From the NCBI GenBank assembly GCA_020630975.1, contig JAHDID010000006.1, positions 91,182 to 155,181 on the forward strand: a DNA stretch of 64,000 bases, read 5' to 3'. A model generated the notes under the pieces. That model was not told the DNA's origin. It made no database searches and worked only from the letters and a program-made list of their open reading frames with translations. The stretch's first letter is position 1. Every line of letters begins with the position of its first letter. The stretch comes from Verrucomicrobiota bacterium. Its GTDB lineage: Bacteria; Verrucomicrobiota; Verrucomicrobiia; Verrucomicrobiales; DEV007. Position numbers and translations under genes: made by a program. Shown here piece after piece: positions 19,923 through 26,986 of the stretch.

Positions 19923-21251
19923 TTAGTTGAGAGCTTCGTTTGCCTGACCTATCAACTCTCGCCTTGCGACAGGTTTGGGCAGGAAGCAGGCGGCACCGGC
20001 CTCTCTGACCAGATCAGGTAATTCAGAACTCTTGTCGCCGGAGAAACTAACGAGCCGTGCACTAGGGGCACGTGTCTGCAGCTCTTTGAGCGCTGTGGAG
20101 TGGTCTCGCCCTGGCATGTGCACATCGACAAATGCGATCGAGATCTCCTCGTCGATTGCTTCGATTGCCTCATCTGCACTCTTGGCAGATACCACTTCCC
20201 AGTCCTCACGCTTGAGCATTTCGGTGATCAGACGATTCACGCGTGGATCATCATCTGCGACTAGCGCTTTTCTGCGCGAGCGGAATACGAATGGCTGTGT
20301 CGGAACATCATTTCGGCTTTCGACGACTTCACTATCACTTTCGGTGTCGACTTGCATCTGACTCCAGATGTTCAGCTCAGCTATGATGCCATTGAAAAAT
20401 AACAGCAGTCCACTGGTCAGTCCCGCAGTAGAAATTACCACGCCAGTGATCAATAGAAACCGTGGGACATCAAAGAATCCAACCAAGGCTGCAGTCAAAA
20501 TCGAGAACAAACCCAGAAGTAAACTCGCGGTAGCCATCACATGATTCGGACGTTCGCGGTACCGACGAATGAAACCAATCGTAATGATATCTGCGATACC
20601 GTGAAAAAATCGTCTGGTACCATACTTGCTTTTACCGTGCACCCGCGGGTGATGTCTTACTACTATCTCACCCGTCTCAAATCCAAAAATCCCAGCGATA
20701 GTCGGTACCATCCGGTGCATCCCACCATACATCGGCAGCACCTTCACGACCTCTCTTCGATAGCACTTGAAGCCACAGTTGTGATCATGCAATGATACCC
20801 CACCTACCCTGCTGATCAGTGAATTAAAAATCCGGCTAGGCAGTACCTTGTGCCAAGGATCGTTGCGTCGTTGCTTATGACCGGTCACGATATCCAGTTT
20901 GTCATCGACGATCTTCTGCAAAAAATTAGGGATCTCAGCCGGATCATCCTGTAGATCGGCATCCATGGTGAAGACAAAGTCTCCAGTCGCTCTTTTGTAA
21001 CCCGCAGCCAATGCATTGGCCTTGCCAAAATTGCGGCGCTTACGGATCAACTTCACTTCTTTGGGGTATTCCGCAGCGAGTTGCTCCATGCGGCTCCAGG
21101 ACTGGTCCGTACTGCCATCGTCGATGAAGATCACTTCGATCGCACTCGATACTGGCTCAGCATGGGCTTTGATGCCCTCAAATAATTCAACGATTGTCTC
21201 TTCTTCATTCATCGTGGGGACGATGAATGACAGGTAGGGTTTTTTGGTCAT
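19923..21251 (-). CDS. GT2 polyprenol-phosphate glycosyltransferase (ArnC/DPM-like) fused to a C-terminal receiver (REC) domain
   Basis: IVPTMNEE, FIDDGSTD, NFGKANAL, MDADLQDDP, DHNCGFK; 2 TMs; then LVADDD...VDVHMPG...SFSG...FLPKP. Confidence 0.9.
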   Translation of the reverse strand: MTKKPYLSFIVPTMNEEETIVELFEGIKAHAEPVSSAIEVIFIDDGSTDQSWSRMEQLAAEYPKEVKLIRKRRNFGKANALAAGYKRATGDFVFTMDADLQDDPAEIPNFLQKIVDDKLDIVTGHKQRRNDPWHKVLPSRIFNSLISRVGGVSLHDHNCGFKCYRREVVKVLPMYGGMHRMVPTIAGIFGFETGEIVVRHHPRVHGKSKYGTRRFFHGIADIITIGFIRRYRERPNHVMATASLLLGLFSILTAALVGFFDVPRFLLITGVVISTAGLTSGLLLFFNGIIAELNIWSQMQVDTESDSEVVESRNDVPTQPFVFRSRRKALVADDDPRVNRLITEMLKREDWEVVSAKSADEAIEAIDEEISIAFVDVHMPGRDHSTALKELQTRAPSARLVSFSGDKSSELPDLVREAGAACFLPKPVARRELIGQANEALN

Positions 21252-21385
21252 TCTTTAAAATCTGGTAGGTTTTATGAAATATAATTATCATAAATACCAT
21301 AGCAATTGATTTTTTGAAATCTTACCTCATCTACCCTGATAATTAAGGTTTCTTAATGAGACCACTGGGCCTCGTCTGAAATTCG

Positions 21386-22840
21386 CTATTCCGCCTGGCT
21401 CACTTCGGGGAATGGCGAGATCAACTCTAGCCCACTGGGCACGCTATCTGGCACCCAATGATCCAGCTCAGTCGCGCTAGGGCTAGTGAGCGCATGGAGA
21501 AAGGCGACCAACTGATCGACCTGTTTGTCGGTCAGGTAGCGCGGCATCTTCAGCTCCATCGGCATGGTCGACTTCACGTCTTTGATGGTCCGGCGATCAT
21601 TGTGCACCGCTCCACGGAATTCCGGCTCGAGTTGATCGACATCATAGTTCTCCAGTGAGTGCACAGGATTCAAGTGATGGCGCACCGCATCCTCCAGACT
21701 ATCGTAGCATCCATTGTGCATGTATGGGGCCGTCAGTGCCACATTGCGCAGCGGTGGTGTGCGGAAGTGGTATTTGAGGTCCAGTCCTGCATTGCTACGG
21801 TGTGCGACGCCGTAGTCCGCATCCTCCTCCATATCTGGGCCTGGGCCGATCGGCACAATGCCGATGTTGTGCATTTTCTGGTCGGTCATCAGTCGACCAC
21901 CATGACAGTCGGAGCACTTGGCTTTGCCGTAAAATAGATGGGCCCCCGCCAACTGAGCGTCCGTCAAAGCCTCATCATCGCCCGCCAGAAATTGATCCCA
22001 AGGGCTATCTCGCAGTGTGAATGCAGTGGTCTCAAACGCCGCTATGGCATTGCCCACCGCTGAGAACTTGATCTCTTCCAGCGACTTATCTGGGAAGGCT
22101 TTGGAGAAAAGCTCGCGGTAACCCTCGATGCCCATCAGACGTTCCATCAGTGTTTCCCAGATCTGGTGCTCGTTGTGGCCGAGGATCTGGCCCACCTCAT
22201 TGTGCCCACCCGTGGCACCCTGTTGCCCCTTGGTACCGCGCATCTCATCGCTGGATAGCACTGGCACCATAGCCTGAGCCGCTAGCAGCCCATCCACCTC
22301 CTCGGGCATACGCACCTGGTATAGCCCCTCAGACTGGGTGAGCCGCATCGAATTGAGCGCGAATTTCCCCGGCTCATACTCATGCACACGCCCATCCCAG
22401 AACATATTTTTCCAAGCCGAATCACCTCGGTTGAAGATCTCTGGAGAATTGCGCGGGGTGAAGGGGTGCGCCGCTCGATTGAGGTCAAACCCCACCAGCA
22501 CCGGCTCTCGCCCCTGGACCTCCATCAGCCGTAGTCCCTCCGGCATACGCTTGCCGGCAGCGCTATCCACATACGCCTTTGTGCCGACCGCACGCGAGCG
22601 TCCATCGGCCGTGGCAGTGCTGGGGTGGTGACACGTCGCACAGGAGACATCCTGATTGCCCCCTAGCACAGGATCGAAAAACAACGCCTGCCCCAGCTTT
22701 ACCTGCGCCTCAGGAAACTCCCGAGGTGCCTCCAGAGGCGTCACAGCGTGCTCCACCAATAGCTCTCGCAGCGATGCCGCGTCCTCAGCGCTAGCTATAC
22801 GACTCAAACAAACCAGTGCGATCAGGGTCCAGTGCCTCAT
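21386..22840 (-). CDS. Di-heme cytochrome c peroxidase / MauG family protein
   Basis: Signal peptide; LGQALFFDP..G...SCATCHH, CSDCHGG, FRTPPLRNV.LT.PYMHNG. Start moved to ATG 22840. Confidence 0.9.
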   Translation of the reverse strand: MRHWTLIALVCLSRIASAEDAASLRELLVEHAVTPLEAPREFPEAQVKLGQALFFDPVLGGNQDVSCATCHHPSTATADGRSRAVGTKAYVDSAAGKRMPEGLRLMEVQGREPVLVGFDLNRAAHPFTPRNSPEIFNRGDSAWKNMFWDGRVHEYEPGKFALNSMRLTQSEGLYQVRMPEEVDGLLAAQAMVPVLSSDEMRGTKGQQGATGGHNEVGQILGHNEHQIWETLMERLMGIEGYRELFSKAFPDKSLEEIKFSAVGNAIAAFETTAFTLRDSPWDQFLAGDDEALTDAQLAGAHLFYGKAKCSDCHGGRLMTDQKMHNIGIVPIGPGPDMEEDADYGVAHRSNAGLDLKYHFRTPPLRNVALTAPYMHNGCYDSLEDAVRHHLNPVHSLENYDVDQLEPEFRGAVHNDRRTIKDVKSTMPMELKMPRYLTDKQVDQLVAFLHALTSPSATELDHWVPDSVPSGLELISPFPEVSQAE

Positions 22841-22877
22841 TTCAATAGGGTACAAAAATTATTCAATAGGGTACAAT
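22840..22877 (-). repeat. Dispersed 21-bp-period repeat, locus 2 (2 copies)
   Basis: TTCAATAGGGTACAA starts at 22841 and 22862 (reverse complement of the consensus). Confidence 0.9.
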
Positions 22878-22912
22878 CCTAAAATTCGGTTTCTTATCTT
22901 ACGCCTCAGCTG

Positions 22913-22941
22913 AAAAAAGGTCGCACCGAGAGTGCGCCTTT
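22913..22941 (-). terminator. Terminator-like hairpin upstream of the peroxidase gene
   Basis: Minus strand AAAGGCGCAC-TCTCG-GTGCG(A)CCTTT followed by more Ts. Confidence 0.45.
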
Positions 22942-23039
22942 CTCCCAAACGGGTTTGTCGTCTCACCATCGCACTGTGACAACTCGCTGGCTAGCTTTGA
23001 GCTGTGCAACGCCCGATTTTTGTGTCTGAATCAAACATC

Positions 23040-23675
23040 ATGAAATATTTTTTGATCCCAGCAGTGACGCTGAGCCTCGCCTGCTTCTGCATCGCATTCT
23101 TCAGCGCCCAGCCTAAGTCTGAAGCGGAGACCACCGACGCCTCTGAAAGCGCCGCGACTCCGGCCAAAGTAAACCAGCCAAAGGCACCCGAGGATATCAC
23201 AGCCTCAGAGCTGGCCGATCTGCTAGATGTCAGCCGTGCCGTGATCACTCTCCCTGGGACCGCAGACGACCTATACGACGATATCGGGCTGATCGTGGAG
23301 TACGGGGATCGTAGCCCTACCAAAAACTACGGCTCCTACGGCCCCGTGCCTGGTGGGACTATGGTAACTGTGCTGCTGCAGGATAAAGGCGAGAAGCTAA
23401 AATACTCTCTGCGAGTCTATGGCGCCATCCCCCGCCCCGGCCTGAATGTCGATAAATCTTATGGAGGCATCAGCCAAACCATTGACGACCCTTTCGTAGA
23501 CCATGGCAATCTGATGCGAGTTTCAGACGACAGAGACTACAACGAAAACCATTACCTCATCAAATGCTCCACCGACCCAAACGCTGCGCTGCAAAGCAAT
23601 ACAGCCCTAACTGCAAAGGAAATCGGCTTGAGGCTATCCGCGACCAAGCTGGAGTCCGAACCACTGCCCGAGTAG
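23040..23675 (+). CDS. Hypothetical exported protein
   Basis: MKYFLIPAVTLSLACFCIAFFSA signal-like start at ATG 23040; no recognised motif. Confidence 0.65.
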   Translation: MKYFLIPAVTLSLACFCIAFFSAQPKSEAETTDASESAATPAKVNQPKAPEDITASELADLLDVSRAVITLPGTADDLYDDIGLIVEYGDRSPTKNYGSYGPVPGGTMVTVLLQDKGEKLKYSLRVYGAIPRPGLNVDKSYGGISQTIDDPFVDHGNLMRVSDDRDYNENHYLIKCSTDPNAALQSNTALTAKEIGLRLSATKLESEPLPE

Positions 23676-23683
23676 AGACTGTC

Positions 23684-25321
23684 TCAAAGCAGAAAAGACA
23701 ACTTCTCAATGATATAATCCATCAACCTATCCCACCGAGATATTATTTCTTGGTTCACATCCAGCTTCATTTGGCCGGGCGTGTAGCGAGCGTAAGACTC
23801 TGGCGTGTTTTTCAGATACCACTCCAGCAGCTGTCTCGGTGTGCGATCGATAAAAGTCCGGTCGGAGGGGAAATCGCTGGGGAGATCTTCCCACAGTTCG
23901 GCCAAGTCCCACTCCGTCTCACTCGCCACGCTGAGGATACCGATCAAATCACTCTCTGCTTTTTCTACCCCTTCACCTAAGGTGAGCCGCGGTATACGCA
24001 CATCGAAAAGGTCAGTCGTGCTCCTCGGGTTGGGCGCATCGGGCAGACCACCGATGGTGAACTCCATCTCGACGACGTGAGGCAGAAAGACAAATTTCAA
24101 AGGCTCATCGACAGGCACGTGATGATTGAGACGAGCCAACTCAATCGCCTCCTCAGATGACTCCCTAGACCATTGCCACGATAGATTTCCCTCGGTATCA
24201 TAGTGCCCACAGTGATTCCTCGAGTAGTAATAGCTACTGCTCCTGAGCAGAGTGTATTCACCCACATCCTCAGGGTCTAGCTGATACTCTTGGCGAGTCA
24301 TGTTGGCGTGAGTGTTTTCGATCTCCTTCCGGGCAGCTAGATCTTTCTCATCGGCATAGTAGCTCGCTAATTCGCCATCGCTAGCTGAGGAATCTGGTGC
24401 AAAGGAGTTTGTGGATTTCTTATGCAGATCATTGCCATATTGCTTGAGGTACTGTAGGCGCAGTTTGTCCGCAAAAACCACCTGTGCTCCCATAGCTTGG
24501 TCCAGTTCTGCTACGATAGGCTCACCAGTCAATACCTGTGCTAAAAACCTGATAGGCGTATCGTGCCACACCAGTAGGGCCGTATCCAGCCGAGTCCACT
24601 CCCCTTCACTACTGAAGCTAGGCTCCTCTGTCCCCCAAGAGCCTAGCTGGTAGGTGACTACCGATTCCGTCCGAGTGTCGGCACCCTCAATCCGTTTGAA
24701 TGCAACATATTCCATACCCGAAGTTTTGAACAGAAGCCGCAGCTTCCCTGTCGGGTATCTCTTCGGAGGCGGCATACTCAGAAAGGCTTCTGGCACCCCC
24801 ATCGCCATCAGCGCCTCTGTACTCAAGGGAGCTAATGTCTCAGCATCATAAAAATTGGGAGAGATACTGAAGTCAGGATTGTTAAAGTCATCTCCAGCTT
24901 GTGGCACCCAAGAGGCAAATGCCACGAGCTCGATACTGTCGTCCCCTACCAATTGGTCGACCCACGGATCAGGACGCAGAACAGCCTCGGCACCTGCGGC
25001 CTCCTCTCCCCAATCCAGCAAAAAATCGTCATTAGCGCCGGGTATATCGACTGGTAGCGCCATTGGCACCCCTGCGGGCCGATCATCGTCTAGCTCTCTA
25101 TCATCCGGTTTTAATATACCAATCGATCCTTTCACGTACTCGGGCACATCTCGACTCTCCGTAGGCGAACTAGCTAGATTAGCTGGCACGAGACTACCTA
25201 GAGACAACTGCCAGACCACGAAGCCCGCGTAAGCGAGTATCAGCAGCATGGTCACCGCCGTTAACAGGATTTTTGGTAGCGGAGATTTCTGCTTTTCTTG
25301 TTCAGAGAGGGAATCTTCCAT
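23684..25321 (-). CDS. Hypothetical membrane-anchored acidic protein
   Basis: 545-aa ORF with a single N-terminal TM; no recognised motif. Confidence 0.7.
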   Translation of the reverse strand: MEDSLSEQEKQKSPLPKILLTAVTMLLILAYAGFVVWQLSLGSLVPANLASSPTESRDVPEYVKGSIGILKPDDRELDDDRPAGVPMALPVDIPGANDDFLLDWGEEAAGAEAVLRPDPWVDQLVGDDSIELVAFASWVPQAGDDFNNPDFSISPNFYDAETLAPLSTEALMAMGVPEAFLSMPPPKRYPTGKLRLLFKTSGMEYVAFKRIEGADTRTESVVTYQLGSWGTEEPSFSSEGEWTRLDTALLVWHDTPIRFLAQVLTGEPIVAELDQAMGAQVVFADKLRLQYLKQYGNDLHKKSTNSFAPDSSASDGELASYYADEKDLAARKEIENTHANMTRQEYQLDPEDVGEYTLLRSSSYYYSRNHCGHYDTEGNLSWQWSRESSEEAIELARLNHHVPVDEPLKFVFLPHVVEMEFTIGGLPDAPNPRSTTDLFDVRIPRLTLGEGVEKAESDLIGILSVASETEWDLAELWEDLPSDFPSDRTFIDRTPRQLLEWYLKNTPESYARYTPGQMKLDVNQEIISRWDRLMDYIIEKLSFLL

Positions 25322-25581
25322 GCTTGCACTTTGCAGAAATTGATTGCCTCAATCAAGCTTTTCTACGCAAGCAAAGATTTCTAGAATCTCGCCGGTAGGA
25401 GCCTCACGAACGCTACTTCATCCCCGTACCACAAGGTGAGGCGGGCGGGCGGATCGAGGTCTAGGAGCCTGCCCCACGCAGCTTGGCAAACCAGGAAGAC
25501 AGCCTGCCGACAGCACATTAGTGCAAAGGGCACCCGCTCTCTCCTGGTGGGCCGATCGAGACCGGAGCCGATTAATTCTAG

Positions 25582-25653
25582 ATTGATAGGAATTTGCTTT
25601 TTAAAGGGCGATCTGATGTGGAGCCGTCGGTCCGGTGGGGTGGATGGGGTTAA
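25582..25653 (+). repeat. Direct repeat A (72 bp), left of the selenoprotein-type gene
   Basis: 61 of 72 aligned positions identical to 26657-26726 (hand alignment, one 2-nt indel). Confidence 0.85.
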
Positions 25654-25946
25654 TTTCGCGAGACGAAAGAATCGTTTCTTGAACAAGGGTGCATGCCATT
25701 CCCGTTGATGATGCCTGCGCCAGAATCTCTTGGACGAATCAACTTTTTACGATAGTCTGTTTGCTTATGAGGGTTTTTTACTTTTGCCTATTGACGCTTG
25801 CTGCGTCTATGTCTGTCTCATAGGCCGGTATCGATATCCCGCGTTCGGTGTTCACCATGGATGAGTTGGATGAAGCAAAGGCTAAGGCGGCCAAGGACGA
25901 GGAGCCACTAATCTTTGTCTACACCGACCCTTCAACTAACTGAGGA

Positions 25947-25980
25947 CCTTGCATAGCTGCCAGTTCGGCAGCCTTCAAGG
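25947..25980 (+). promoter_or_regulatory. Bacterial SECIS-like hairpin
   Basis: Lower stem CCTTG(25947-51)/CAAGG(25976-80); upper stem GCTGCC(25956-61)/GGCAGC(25967-72); apical loop AGTTC with G at position 2 followed by T; loop begins 18 nt after the TGA. Confidence 0.78.
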
Positions 25981-26038
25981 AGTTTCGCAGTCGGGGTGTC
26001 GTGGTATTCGCTAGTACCCAGTCGGATCGGAGCAAGTT

Positions 26039-26045
26039 CCCAAAG
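26039..26045 (+). other. Candidate -1 frameshift heptamer C_CCA_AAG
   Basis: X_XXY_YYZ phased to the upstream codons TTC CCA AAG; zero-frame TAG follows at 26049; the -1 frame is the 26057..26428 ORF. Confidence 0.45.
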
Positions 26046-26656
26046 GGGTAGAAGATGTGCGCAGCCAATCCGGACAATATATCCCCAAAGTTTTCGTGAC
26101 CACGGCTGATGGTTCTAAAGGGATCGAAGCGATCACCTATGAAAAGCTTAAGGCCGATGCTAGAGGTGCCGCTAGGGAGTTGCGAAAGAAGCTGGAAGAG
26201 GTCGAGAATATTTTGGGAGAAGAAGCTGAGGAAGAGGTCGAAGAGCCAACTCTATTAGCTGAGACCCAGGAATGGACAAACTCTGAGGGGACCAAGATCA
26301 CAGCGGCGATAAAGAAAATAGACGGCAGCAATGTGATTTTTTTGATCAACAACCAGGAGGTTCCCTATCAGGTTTCGAAATTATCCGAGGCTAGTCAGAG
26401 GCAGATTAAAGAGCTTCTCAATCGATAAGGGTAATGCTCTTTTGGGTTTTGAGCCCCCCCTGTAACAAGTCAAAGGGCTCAATCGCTTTAGCGATGAACG
26501 AAAGACTGGTGCGAGGAAGATGCGCGGGGCTAACTGGGGCAATCTTCATGTTCTAACAGACCTTCAAGCCTTATGAGGCCTCTAGCCGGCCAACAGTAAA
26601 AGGCATCCCTCGAAATTGACTGTGTTCAAATTCTGCCGCTCCCGCATTAGCGTATT

Positions 26657-26726
26657 ATTGATAGGAGTTTGCTTATTCAAGGGCGATCTGCTTGAGGCGT
26701 CGGTCCGCTGGGTTGGATGGAGTTAA
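26657..26726 (+). repeat. Direct repeat B (70 bp), right of the selenoprotein-type gene
   Basis: Partner of 25582-25653. Confidence 0.85.
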
Positions 26727-26986
26727 GGTGACCGTTAGGGAACGTAACCCGGGTAGTCAAATTGCGGCCAAGAAGCGGCTCTACCCTCGCGGAAAATCTA
26801 TAGGTAAATATAGCGAAAATCATTCCTTTGCCTGGCCAGAGAATCACATTGTTATTTTCGATATCACCCCACCTAACCCCAACGGACGGGAGGAATGATA
26901 AATCCGTCCTGCCTTTTACGCGGAAATATAAAAACGGCAGAATCCGGACCGCCCTAAGATATGGTTGTCAAACTTTTCTGATCTCT

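Larger units (their letters stand above)
25767..26428 (+). pseudogene. Selenocysteine-type thioredoxin-like protein (UxxC) with C-terminal SHD1-like domain; interrupted or recoded
   Basis: ATG 25767 MRVFYFCLLTLAASMSVS-TAG(25821)-AGIDIPRSVFTMDELDEAKAKAAKDEEPLIFVYTDPSTN-TGA(25941)-GPCIAASSAAFKEF...SKFPKG, then -1 frame change, then VEDVRSQSGQYIPKVFV...QEWTNSEGTKITA...LSEASQRQIKELLNR. Confidence 0.78.

Noticed and set aside
25485-25520. c-di-GMP-I riboswitch (GGCAAACC)
   Set aside because: The following GAAA tetraloop stem and GACGCAAA segment are missing.
25821-25823. TAG as pyrrolysine or an alternative genetic code
   Set aside because: TAG terminates many ordinary genes here (e.g. 2119, 3783, 14227), and this one lies in a signal peptide.
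26449-26482. Terminator after the selenoprotein-type gene (TTGAGCCC/GGGCTCAA)
   Set aside because: 18-nt loop and no U tract on the coding strand; too weak to call.
26692-26730. Group II intron RT remnant (RSAGLDGV resembles the RT0 motif)
   Set aside because: Only a few residues match, with no further RT motifs or intron domains.
26828-26986. Long N-terminal extensions given by the ORF track (also at 22855, 37038, 42873, 48241, 50830)
   Set aside because: They precede clear signal peptides or conserved N-termini and read through intergenic or repeat DNA.
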